This document shows, piece by piece, positions 1 to 12,883 of a DNA stretch of 64,000 nt. The position numbers and the translations under genes are program-made. Below the pieces are notes generated by a model that did not search any database, was not told where the DNA came from, and saw only the letters and a list, made by a program, of their open reading frames with translations. The DNA is taken from contig OX597833.1 of assembly GCA_951406725.2 (NCBI GenBank), positions 15,004,001 to 15,068,000 of the forward strand. The letters are read 5' to 3'. Origin of the DNA: Octopus vulgaris (lineage: Eukaryota). The stretch's first letter is position 1. Every line of letters begins with the position of its first letter.

Positions 1-751
1 GTTACTAAAGACTAATGTGTGCTACAAGGATGTATACACACACAAATGTTCTTAGATAACATTCAATATGTTTTTTCCTTGTATATGTATGCCACGTTAT
101 ACAGTATGACTTTCAGTTGTAGCATATGAATTAGGTCTATGACTAAATTTATTGCCATGTAAAAGCAATTAGGTATGTATCTAGATATCGTATGTCTTAT
201 TTCATGGTTCTGGGAATTGATGACACATGTAGAAAGAGACTATAAATACAAATTTTATTTCTTTATTATGTTGAAATCCTTGGAGGCAGATATTTTAAAA
301 TTATATTTAAAGCGCATCTGTATAGAGTATTATGTATGTGTGTGTGTGTGTCCGAGATTTTGTATATGAAAGTAGTGCTCCTATGTTTAAGATTAGAAAA
401 ATTTCATGAATTAATCATCGTGAATTTAAATATAAAATGAATTATTGATGTACCTTTGTTTATGACCAAGTGAAATAGTGGTGCTCCGTAAAATATTTAT
501 ACTAAAGTGACTTGCAGGGAAATATTTGCTCAACTAATTGATGCTTTTAGTTTCTCTATTAATTTCATGAATTATGAGGCAAAGAAGACATTTCCATTAA
601 TAAATTATACAAACAAGGAACTTTAATTCCAATGCATCATTCTAAATTCCCCACTTATGAGGAACTGTACACATTGACCAAAATATAGTTCTCAAGATGT
701 TAGACATAAAAAGCCTACCAATACATACATAACGAAACACTCAAACACCAA

Positions 752-1200
<449 letters not shown>

Positions 1201-2317
1201 CATTTATCTCTGTGTGTGTACATGTATATGTATGCAAACTCATCAATCATACAAATAGTTATGAGTCATTTGCGTGTCTGTATGTATGAGCTTGCGTGAG
1301 CCTATCATTTGTGTGATCCCAACGAAAGTGGCAAATGAAAATATCCAATTAGTTTAGCAAACACTTTGTAAGAAACAAAGCATAACAGTCCAGTCATAAA
1401 ACACTATTTTCTTCTCCACGAATAGCTATGGCTTTAACTAGATTTATAGCTAAAGTCACTTAGAAACATTTCTTCGAACAATTCCTAATTTTAAACATAA
1501 CCGACGGGGATTACTGACTATATCAGAAACAAGCACATACAAAAAAAAAAAAAAAAAGCGCCCAGAGAATTCTAATTAAAAAATATAATACGTCAATGAA
1601 ATCAGTTCACAGATGGCTTTATACAACTTATCCAACTTATTCAGACAGAAAATACCACTTACAATAAATAAGTGTATCATTAATTAATTTTAAACTTCAA
1701 TTCAGTCAGAAAGAAACGTGTTAAAAAGCTCGTAATCTTGTCCAAAACAACATTTATAGAGACAATACGATAGAAATTTAAGAAGAAAAAAAACAAGAAA
1801 CCAAGATGAAGTGAGTACAGAACAGAATTAGATTAAAAGACAAATCTAAAAGGAATAACTCATCTCACATCATCAAATATACAGCGGAAAAGTAAACACC
1901 ACGTTACAAATACGACGAAATAAACGGAATTGTTCCAGGCAATTAACAAACAAGCTGAGCGCGTTTTGAGATGCAACTTCGGGTTTAAAAAACCATTCAG
2001 AGGATATGGAAAAATATTGATATATACAATAAATTTAAACATATTGTGTGCTTCTGGTCGGATATTTATCGTTGGAGGGGAGAGGATCTCTAAGAAAAAC
2101 TTTATGATATTTATATAATAGTTAATCCCTATCTTAACTTTGACATCCTTTCTTTTCTCACAAATTAAAATCCTTAATTCTTTCTCTTGTGGCCTTGGTA
2201 ACCATGATAAACACCATTTCACACTCCTTGGTCATCATCAGCGAAGTTTGATAATAGATAAAGATGAAATATATATAATTCAACATTCTACGATGTTACA
2301 AATTAAGACAGAATATA

Positions 2318-2959
2318 TATATCTTTATTGCCCACAAGGGGCTAAACACAGAGGGGACAAACAAGGACAGACAAACGGTTTAAGTCGATTATGTCGACCC
2401 CAGTGCGTAACTGGTACTTATTTATCGACCCCGAAAGGATGAAAGGCAAAGTCGACCTCGGCGGAATTTGAACTCGGAACGTAACGACAGACGAAATACA
2501 GCTACGCATTTCGCCCGGCGTGCTAACGTTTCTGCCAGCTCGCCGCCTTAAGACGGAATATATATATCTTTATTGCCCACAAGGGGCTAAATATAGAGGA
2601 GACAAACAAGGAATATATATATCTTTATTGCCCACAAGAGGCTAAATATAGAGGAGACAAACAAGGAATATATATATCTTTATTGCCCACAAGGGGCTAA
2701 ATATAGAGGAGACAAACAAGGAATATATATATCTTTATTGCCCACAAGGGGCTAAATATAGAGGAGACAAACAAGGACAGACAAAGGGATTAAGTCGATT
2801 ACATCGACCCCGGTGCGAAACTGGTACTTTATTTATTGATCCTTAAAGGATGAAAGGCAAAGTCGATCTCGGCGAATTTGGACTCAGAACGTAACGACAG
2901 ACGAAATACGGCTGCACATATCACCCGGCGCGCAAACGTGTCTGCCAGCCCGCCGCCTT
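2318..2959 (-). mobile_element. Two tandem copies of SINE family B; the second has its 3' tail repeated 4x (55-bp period)
   Basis: Reverse complement of GGCGGCGAGCTGGCAGAAACGTTAGCACGCCGGG...GAGTTCAAATTCCGCCGAGGTCGAC (A/B-box-like); TTAAGAC(A/G)GAATATA occurs at 2303, 2548 and 2961. Confidence 0.9.
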
Positions 2960-3055
2960 ATTAAGACGGAATATAGAAGACGTTAGACAGTCCTTAGGTG
3001 TAAAGACATGCTTCACGATCGTATCTCCTGTATCATCCTATTTAATTTATTAATA

Positions 3056-3546
<491 letters not shown>

Positions 3547-3633
3547 GTAGAGTAACTGTGAACATTTTATTCATGCAAACATCTGTGAACAAGTGTGTAT
3601 GTACCTAGTCCTAAATGTCTGTATGTGTTTTAA

Positions 3634-4021
3634 GTGGAGGCGCAATGGCCCAGTGGTTAGGGCAGCGGACTCGCGGTCATAGGATTACGGTTTCGATTCC
3701 CAGACCGGGCGTTGTGAGTGTTTATTGAGCGAAAACACCTAAAGCTCCCCGAGGCTCCGGCAGGGGATGGTGGTGATCCCTACTGTACTCTTTCACCACA
3801 ACTTTCTCTCACTCTTACTTCCTGTTTCTGTTGTACCTGTATTTCAAAGAGCCGGCCTTGTCACACTCTGTGTCACGCTGAATATTCCCGAGAACTACGT
3901 TAAAGGTACACGTGTCTGTGGAGTGCTCAGCCACTTACACGTTAATTTCACGAGCAGGCTGTTCCGTTGATTCGGATCAACCGGAACCCTCGTCGTCGTA
4001 ACCGACGGAGTGCTTCCATCC
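3634..4021 (+). mobile_element. tRNA-derived SINE family C, full length
   Basis: A box TGGCCCAGTGG, B box GTTTCGATTCC; TSD ATGTGTTTTAAG (3623/4022); near-identical copies at 47974 and 53855. Confidence 0.93.
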
Positions 4022-4094
4022 ATGTGTTTTAAGAATGTTATGTATATGTTAGTCCATCTGTGCCTATGCATACTACATTTTCTTTTTAGTTTAC

Positions 4095-4234
4095 GGTAAT
4101 TTAAATATAATCAGCCGCAATTGCGAGGATGATCCGGTTCTTGACTGAAGATTGAAGGGTTCGAATGTCCCGTCCGTGTTTTTTGTATCGTCTTCTAAAT
4201 GTTTTACGTTCTTGTCCCAGTTTGTATTTTTTAC

Positions 4235-4235
<1 letters not shown>
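4095..4235 (+). mobile_element. Putative Penelope-like terminal fragment with degenerate hammerhead-like motif
   Basis: GAC-TGAAGA...TTCGAATGTC-CCGTC, then a T-rich tail running into (TA)n; similar to 11967-12200 (-). Confidence 0.4.
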
Positions 4236-4293
<58 letters not shown>

Positions 4294-4466
4294 CGTGTGG
4301 GTGTGTGTGTGTGTGTGTGTGTGTATTCGTGCCAATACGTGAAGCTCTGGGACCATGAGTCACTCTCTTCTGCAAATATTTAGTAAGAATGTGCATATGC
4401 TCACATTTTGAAGTCTAATATTCCTTTTTGTATTACGATACCTATAGCAGCAGTAGTAGTAGTAGT

Positions 4467-4504
<38 letters not shown>

Positions 4505-4930
4505 TAGTAGTTTTAGTTTTAGTAGTAGTAGCTTCTCTCTGTGTATGTAGGTAAACACATGCATGCGTGTTTGTATATATGTAATAATACTTGTTTGGGG
4601 GCGCAGGTGTTAATCTTATTACATTTATATAATGGCTTATCTCATCTCCCCAACGAAGTCACAAAATGGTGGCTTCGTATAAACATACCAGACGACTCCT
4701 TAATTACATCGATGTATATGACAGCTCTGGATAAATGTGAAACTATCAATTCAGCTGTTTTAGCAAAGGAAGACACGTGGTGTCAAGGAACAGGAAATAT
4801 ATAGCCAGAATGCCTTATGAGAGATATTTCATTACTTAATCTTGTTTATTTATCTATATATCGGCGTATTCTGTTTTGGCTTATTGAATAAAATTTAGAA
4901 TATACAATCCGAGCGAAAAATGTTCTTGTT

Positions 4931-5000
4931 TGATTGATTGATTGATTGATTGATTCCAGTTTCAGCTTATGAGCTGTGGCCATGCTGGGGCACCGCCATT
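4931..5000 (-). mobile_element. 3' terminal fragment of CR1-like LINE with (AATC)n tail
   Basis: Near-perfect reverse complement of 55731-55796, which follows coding LINE sequence. Confidence 0.75.
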
Positions 5001-5043
5001 TTCTTTTAACTGTGATATGTAAGGGAAATGTTATTAAGTATTA

Positions 5044-5213
5044 GGCGTTGGAATGGCTGTGTGGTAAGTAGCTTGCTTACCAACTACATGGTTGTGGGTT
5101 CAGTCCCACTGCGTGACACCTTGGGCATGTGTCTTCTACTATAGACTCGGGTCAACCAAAGCTTTCTGAGTGGATTTGGTAGACGGAAACTGAAAGAAGT
5201 CCGTCGTATATAA

Positions 5214-5256
<43 letters not shown>

Positions 5257-5261
5257 CATAC

Positions 5262-5324
<63 letters not shown>

Positions 5325-5562
5325 TATATATATATATGTATGTATGTATGTGTGTGTGTTTGTGTGTCTGTGTTTGTCCCCCCAACACCGCTTGTCAACC
5401 GATACTGGTGTGTTTACGTCCCCGTAACATAGCGGTTCGGCAGAAGAGACCGATAGAATAAGTACTAGGCATACAAGCAATAAGTACTGGGGGCGATTTG
5501 CTCGACTAAAGGCGGTGCTCCAGCATGGCCACGGTCAAATGACTAAAACAAGTAAAAGAGTA
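5044..5562 (+). mobile_element. SINE family A
   Basis: Full homology to the 3056 copy, with internal (TA)n. Confidence 0.92.
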
Positions 5563-6049
5563 AGTAAATTTACATGAGGTGTACAGTCTCTGGAATCTGT
5601 TTCCATTTAGCAGCGTCCTCGTATTTCTACTTCAAGTTTCGCTGCATGCTAATACAGAGGAAATAATAATAACGATACGCTGTGTCAGCTAATATCTCAA
5701 GACATAAAATTTTCGGCTAATCTGTTGAAAGGATACCGACGAAACGATTGTAGTATGATGTAATAAATCGTATTGATGAATCCAGTCCCTCTTTTTAAAT
5801 TCATTTTTACACATATATTCAACTGACGAAGGCAGAGCTTTTCTGATGCAAAGCCAGAAATCCAGGATCTTGAATTATCCAGAAAAATCTTTTTTGCTAG
5901 TTTATTTTGTCTCTGTCTTCTCTCCTGGCGCGATATGAACATTTAAGGTGGTTTTAAGGTCAGGTTTTTTGACTGCTATTTCAGCATGGTGGTATCTCTC
6001 AGATACCCTACTTTAAAGTTTTAAATAAATATTACATTTGTATAGATGT

Positions 6050-6063
6050 ACCTATATACATAT

Positions 6064-6107
<44 letters not shown>

Positions 6108-6255
6108 GGAGGGGGTGCAGTGACTTCATGATCAGGTCGCTCCATTGATCGTGTCATGGAAGGAGTGTCAGAACATGTGTGAGTGTGTTTATATATACAG
6201 AATATATATATATATATTTATCCTTCTGTCTATATCTCTCTTTTCTCTCTCTGTC

Positions 6256-6334
<79 letters not shown>

Positions 6335-6495
6335 ATGTGTGTGAATGTATATATATATGTATACACACAAACACACAAACACACACACACATATATATAT
6401 ATACACAAACACACAGATACTTATATATATACATACATATACATACATACATATACTTATAGATATATACATATGTATATATGCATATATATGCA
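6050..6495. repeat. Compound (TA)n/(CT)n/(CA)n microsatellites
   Basis: Directly visible. Confidence 0.9.
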
Positions 6496-6814
6496 CTGTT
6501 AAATTGTTAGATAGTTACGTAAATAGAAATATACATAAACCAATATTTACAGTTGTATCCCTGGAGGCCTAAGAGGCTTTCACTTTTCTAAAATGTTTTG
6601 TAAACAATAACTTCTTCCTATAATTATATTGCTTTTTGAATATATTCTTGTCTACAATATTCACCTTGTTTCAAATTTGAACGGAAAGTAGAATACAAAC
6701 TGTTATTTTCATAATTACCCTGCTCGTATTGTTGCAGTGAATTCAAAAGTGGAATGTATTCAAACCATTATTTATTACGCTACGAAAATTATGCTATTGT
6801 AAATATTTATAAAC

Positions 6815-7520
6815 GCGGCGAGCTGGCAGAAACGTTAGCACGCCGGGCGAAATTGTAAGCGATATTTCGTCTGCCGTTACGTTCTGAGTTCAAATTCCGC
6901 CGAGGTCGACTTTGTTTTCATCCTTTCGGGGTCGATTAAATAAGTACCAGTTACGCACTGGGGTCGATGTTATCGACTTAATCCGTTTGTCTGTTCTTGT
7001 TTGTCCTCTGTGTGTTTAGCCCCTTGTGGATAGTAAAGACATAAGTATTTCCTCGGTCTTTATGTTCTGAATTCAAATTCCGCCGAGGTCGACTTTGCCT
7101 TTCATCATTTCGGCGTCCATAAATTAAGTACCAGTTGCGCACTGGAGTCGATCCAATCGACTGGCCCCGTACCCTCAAACTTTTGGGCCTTGTACTTAGA
7201 GCAGAAAAGAATATTTTAAATCCGGTGAGCTGGCAGAAACGTTAGCATGCTGGACGAAATGCTTAGCGGTATTTCGTCTGCCGCTACGTTCTGAGTTCAA
7301 ATTCCGTCGAGGTCGACTTTGCCTTTCGTCATTTCGGGGTCGATAAATTAAGTACCAGTTACGCACTGGGGTCGATGTAATCGACTTAATACGTTTACCT
7401 GTCCTTGTTTGTCCTCTCTGTGTTTAGCTTCCTGTGTGTAGTAATGAAACAGGTATTTCGTCTGTCTCTAAGTTCTGAGTTCAAATTACACCGAAGTCGA
7501 CTTTGCTTTTCATTCTTTCG
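6815..7520 (+). mobile_element. SINE family B cluster: head + unit + alternative-tail monomer, then a second head + unit + partial unit
   Basis: Heads at 6815 and ~7223; repeated GCCTTTCATCCTTTCGGGGTCGATAAATTAAGTACCAG core. Confidence 0.9.
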
Positions 7521-7756
7521 TGAATGACCAGCAGTGGCCGGTCTCTACCTGTCACCACTCTGCAGGCCACCGGTACACTGGCATGGCTGCAGGCAGATGA
7601 TTGAAGCAAGTCAATGAATAAATACTATAGAATTGCGTCAGTTTCAGAGTTCCAAATACACCCCAGGTGGTTTTAGTCGGCTGGTAAAAGATGTCCACCC
7701 AAGGAAGGAAGCAGTGAGACCGAAATGAAAGCCAAATGCTTCAGAAGCAATTTCTT

Positions 7757-8493
7757 ATTTCTTTATTGCCCACAATGAGCTAAACATAGAGGGGACAAAC
7801 AAGGGCAGACAAAGAGATTAAGTCGATTACATCCACTCAAGTACGTAACGAAAGGAAGAAAGGTAAAGTCAACCTCGGCAGAATTTGAACTCAGAACGTA
7901 ACAGCAGACGAAATACCTATTTCTTTACTACCCAGAAGGGGATAAACACAGAGGGGACAAACAAGCACAGACAAACGGATTAAGTCGATTACACTGATCC
8001 CAGTGCGTAACTGGTACTTTGTTTATCGACCCCGAAAGGATGAAAGGCAAAGTCGACCACGGCGGAATTTGAACTCAGAACGTGACGGCAGACAAAATAC
8101 CTATCTCTTTACTACCCAGAAGGGGATAAACACAGAGGAGACAAACAAGGACAGACAAACGGATAAAGTCTATTACATCGACCCCAGTGCGTAACTGGTG
8201 CTTAATTTATCGACCCCGAAAGGATGAAAGGCAAAGTCGACCACGGCGGAATTTGAATTCAGAACGTAACGGCAGACGAAATACCTATTTCTTTACTACC
8301 CACATGGGGATAAACACAGAGAGGACAAACAAGGACAGACAAACGGATTAAGTTGATAACATCGACCCCAGTGCGTAACTGGTACTTAATTTATCGACCC
8401 CGAAAGGATGAAAGGCAAAGTCGACCTCGGCGGAATTTGAACTCAGAACGTAATGGCAGACGAAATTCAGAACGCTAAGCATTTCGCCGCCTT
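7757..8493 (-). mobile_element. SINE family B four-unit multimer with a single 17-bp TSD, nested in an old SINE A
   Basis: ~184-bp units; TTCAGAAGCAATTTCTT at 7740-7756 and 8497-8513; joining the flanks gives a degenerate minus-strand SINE A. Confidence 0.9.
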
Positions 8494-9206
8494 TTATTCA
8501 GAAGCAATTTCTTTTTTATCGCACAGCCATGCCTGTTTTTATTCTCTCTCCCCACCTCTTCTCGCTCTCTCTCCCAAATCCTTACAGATAAACACATTTT
8601 TCAAAAGCTGAACCTTTTTTCCTTGGGAAAATTAAATTGTATGTATTATTGATCATAAACACAACATAACTAAAAAAAACCTGGACACACAGAACATCTG
8701 CGTAGTGGATGTAAAGTTATTTAAGGCGTAAATACAATTTTTTATGTTAGAATGAACAATTTTAAAAGATATCTAGGCACAAGTGTTGCTTAGTTATCAA
8801 TCCACGTATTGATTATTGATATTAATCATCAGTAATATACGTATCGATACTCAAATACATGTGTGTGTTGAAATCCAATGATCAATATGCGTATGAAATA
8901 ATATATGATAACATATTTTTGATATTTCATATATAATTACATTAAATATATTGGAGAACCTGCTGCAGGATGGATCCATATGTGTATAATCGATATGTAG
9001 TACACCTATGGTGGATAACCGTTGATTTATTGGTTTGTATTTACATAAGATAGAAGAGTTAAATAACCTATATATCCATATACAAAGATATCCATAAATC
9101 CATACCTGCATGTAAATATATAAAAGTATGTGCAAATATTGAAACGTAGAAATGCCAATGGCTATGGGTGTATATATATATATATATACGTGTGTGTGCT
9201 TGTGTC

Positions 9207-9307
<101 letters not shown>

Positions 9308-9312
9308 AATAT

Positions 9313-9385
9313 CGCCAGGTGGTGCTATTAAGTTAGACATGGCCTGGGCCAATACTGACCAAAACCTTTCTAAGTTATTCTAAGT

Positions 9386-9387
<2 letters not shown>
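9313..9387 (+). mobile_element. Tail-only CR1-like LINE fragment inside (TA)n
   Basis: CAGGTGGTGCTATTAAGTTAGACATGGCCTGG...(TTCTAAGTTA)2 matches the 3' ends of the LINEs at 45590-46797. Confidence 0.85.
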
Positions 9388-9458
<71 letters not shown>

Positions 9459-9494
9459 TTTTATATATATATATATATATACACATAGACACAA

Positions 9495-9532
<38 letters not shown>

Positions 9533-10063
9533 GCATATCTATCTGTGTGTCTATGTCCCTCTCTCTTTATACATACTTACGTAATACACACAAACACATG
9601 TATCTTCTACGTTCGCGTATGTATCACTGCATTTCTGTTTCACTGCTGTTCTACTCTGCTCGCAAGAAATATCTTATTAACACCGCAGGCCACCATCTTT
9701 GTTGTGTATATTGCTCATACCACGAACTCACACTTGTATTTCTTTCATCATCAAACAATCAATTAATCTTGCGTCTAGATTCATTCAATAAAAGCAGACG
9801 ATAAATCATTAAACAGAGAGCTTTGTATTTTTGACTCCAACGTACGATAGACTTACATTATTTGTATGTCCGACCAGTAGCCTAAAGTACAACACTTGTA
9901 AGAGAAAAATATTCATATATACGGGCTAATATTGACCCGCTCAGCTGCTACGCTATTGAAATCATGGAAATAGCAATCATAACGTTGCTATTATGTTAAA
10001 CTGTCGTATGTTCAAATTTGGTCAAATGCTTTTTTTACTTTTTCAATATTTATTTTTGCTTAA

Positions 10064-10248
10064 GGTGGCGAGCTAGCAGAAATGTTAGCACGCCGGGCGA
10101 AATGCGTAGCCGTATTTCGTCTGCCGTTACGTTCCGAGTTCAAATTCCGCTGAAGCCGACTTTGCCTTTCATCCTTTCGAGGTCGATAAAGTAAGTACCA
10201 GTTACGCACTGGGGTCGATGTAATCGCCTTAATCCGTTTGTATGTTCC
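10064..10248 (+). mobile_element. SINE family B monomer, 3' truncated
   Basis: Homology to family B head and core. Confidence 0.88.
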
Positions 10249-10505
10249 TCATACATCTTTAAATCTCTTCTGTTTCAGCTATTTGCCACAACTTTTCCTC
10301 TCAATGCGCCGTCAAACCCGCAATCAGGTTTTGTGTAGGTGAAGTCAACCAGTATGACAAAGCGCTGAAACGCAACAGCATTAAGGCACCAGAACTTTGA
10401 AAATACATTTTCATGTATCAAATTCCAATATAGCTAAAACGCATTTACCCTGTGTATCACATATTAGAACGACCCAAACCATATTCCCTAAAAAATATAT
10501 CTATA

Positions 10506-10675
10506 GGCGCAGGAGTGGCTGTGTGGTAAGTATCTTGCTTAACAACCAGATGGTTCCGTGTTCAATCCCACTGCGTGGGACCTTGGGCAAGTGTCTTCTA
10601 CTATAGCCTCGGGCCGAGCAAAGCCTTGTGAGTGGATTTGGTAGACGGAAACTGAAAGAAGACCGCCGTATATAT

Positions 10676-10768
<93 letters not shown>

Positions 10769-11051
10769 TGTATGTATGTATGTATGTATGTATGTATGTA
10801 TGTATGTATGTATGTATGTATGTATGTATGTATGTGTATATGTTTGTGTGTCTTTGTTTGTCCCCAACATCGCTTGACAACCAATGGTGGTGTGTTTACG
10901 TCCCCGTAACTTAGCGGTTCGGCAAAAGAGACTTATAGAATAAGTACTAGGCTTGCAAAGAATAAGTCTTGGGGCCGATTTGCTCGACCAAAGGTGGTGC
11001 TCCAGCATGGCTGCAGTCAAATGACTGAAACAAGTAAAAGAGTAAAAGAGT
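10506..11051 (+). mobile_element. SINE family A with (TA)n(TATG)n
   Basis: Full homology to family A. Confidence 0.92.
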
Positions 11052-11808
11052 ACTCATGCACGCAGATTTGTCAATCGTGATATATTATATAGGATAACAT
11101 ATACAAATTTCTCAAGAGGGCGAATAATCTTGCTTCTATGTAGCGATTTATTTATACCTCGATCAACAAAACATATCCGATTTCATGTGAAGCATATTCT
11201 ATGTTTTTCTATACATGCTCGAGAATATTGAAAAACAGATAGTATATCTATTCTGACCTCTAGGCTTATACGTGACAAAACTATTTCCGATATACGAATG
11301 CTTCAGGGCGTGTTTTTTTCTGATATATATATATATATATATACTGAAATTAGATAGCGTAATATATCAAGTCGGCTTATATTCTTTATATATTGCTTAC
11401 CATTTTTTTTAATGAATGGAAGCGATAGACGTACGTGTCATAAAGTGTCTGCTAGTAACTTAGTCTTTTACAAAATGTAAAAAAATATTCTACAACGGTG
11501 ATTACAATCTTACATTATTGTTATTAATAGTATTATTATTGTTGTAGTCATTATTATTATTATTATTATTATTCACGTCAATAGCAAGAACATTAGTAAC
11601 AGCAACTACTGTAGTTTCAGTACTAGTAGTAGTAACAAAAAACAACAACGACAACAACGATACTAGCAGCTACAATAATAATAATAATAATAATAATAAT
11701 GTTATTCATAAACTTCTTCATTTACTAACGATAGAAAAATACTCCATTTGGTCTGTACGTACGTGTGTGAGTAAGTGTGTGTTTTGCTCATATATATATA
11801 TATATATA

Positions 11809-11929
11809 TCAATTTCAACGGATTACGCCCAAATTTGACATCGATGTTACTTAGTTTGGTTTGAAATAAAGAACTTGATTAGTTTAATAGTCGTAACTTA
11901 ATCCCGGGCAAAGCCGGGTTACACTGCTA

Positions 11930-11930
<1 letters not shown>
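11809..11930 (+). mobile_element. Mini non-autonomous Helitron (or Helitron 3' end) in (TA)n
   Basis: 3' hairpin CCCGG-GCAAAG-CCGGG, then CTAG|T; possible 5' A|TC at 11809. Confidence 0.65.
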
Positions 11931-11966
<36 letters not shown>

Positions 11967-11968
<2 letters not shown>

Positions 11969-12200
11969 GTAACAAAAACGCAATAGAGGACAATAAAACA
12001 TTCGGAGAGATAGTCGATACAAAGGTGGACAGGAGAAACAAAGATTAGGAAAGGGAAAAATAGACGGGTCATTTGTGGTCTTCTTTCCTCAGTCAGATAT
12101 ACCAGAAGTCCTTTCTGTTTCGGGCAGTTACACTTGAGAACAGTTCGATCTGATTGCTACCCCGCACCAAAAAAGTTTAAGTTAACACCGTTAGACTCAG
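11967..12200 (-). mobile_element. Putative Penelope-like terminal fragment
   Basis: Minus strand GACTGAGGA...ATGACCCGTC with a T-rich tail into (TA)n; resembles 4095-4235. Confidence 0.35.
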
Positions 12201-12491
12201 TGAATTTTACTTTACTCAAGGTATTTACATGCTTCTTGGTAAAATGTCGTTAATTCTCCAGGTCCCTTCAATATTCTGTCTGCTAATTCCTTACATATAT
12301 ATATAAATATAATCTGCATTTAAGTTCTCAGGTATTCAGTATGAGCAAATGGAATATTTTCTATCATTAGTAAATGAAGAAAGATTATGAATACCTTCAA
12401 TATTATTAAATCGACGAAAAAAGTCAACCTCCAGGAGAAAATATGCAGAAAAAGAACCGATTTTTAAAATAAGATTTAAAAATATAGAATA

Positions 12492-12883
12492 CTAGCAGTA
12501 TCGCCCGGTGTTGCCCGGGTTTGTTTCGACCCTTTAGAATTGGAATTTTTGAAAAGTACAAATTCTGCATTATGTAGCTTGTTATTCTCTTTAAGTGAAC
12601 ATTTTTCTTGTTGAAATGCACCGAAAAATGGCGACACAGGAGTAAAAGTATCGTAAAAAACAGGGATTTTCATAGAAAAAAGCACATTTTTGATGTAAAT
12701 AATTTTTTGGTGTTAACATGGTCCGATTTGAATTTTTTATTCTACGGAATGAAGTGCAAGGCTTCTTCTATCATGTTCTCAATTTTGGTTAATTTGCGCC
12801 GCAGTGTCTCGGAGGAGATATTGTTAGTTGAAGGCTACCAAACCTGCCATACACATATAACTTCAGCTTTATATATAGAGAGA
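12492..12883 (-). mobile_element. Non-autonomous Helitron
   Basis: Minus strand starts TCTCTCTATATATAAAG and ends CCCGGGCAACACCGGGCGATACTGCTAG; A|T target; no TSD. Confidence 0.85.

Noticed and set aside
1860-2222. 120-aa minus-strand ORF
   Set aside because: No recognisable motif, AT-rich composition and a non-ATG start; consistent with chance
3634-3710. tRNA genes at the heads of SINE families C and D (also 27939, 47974, 54170)
   Set aside because: The tRNA-like heads continue into conserved SINE bodies, with TSDs for family C, and the cloverleaves are imperfect
3767-3970. The same 67-aa ORF (MVVIP.VLFHHNF...) recurring at 3767, 48107 and 53906
   Set aside because: A by-product of three young copies of a non-coding SINE; no evidence of coding constraint
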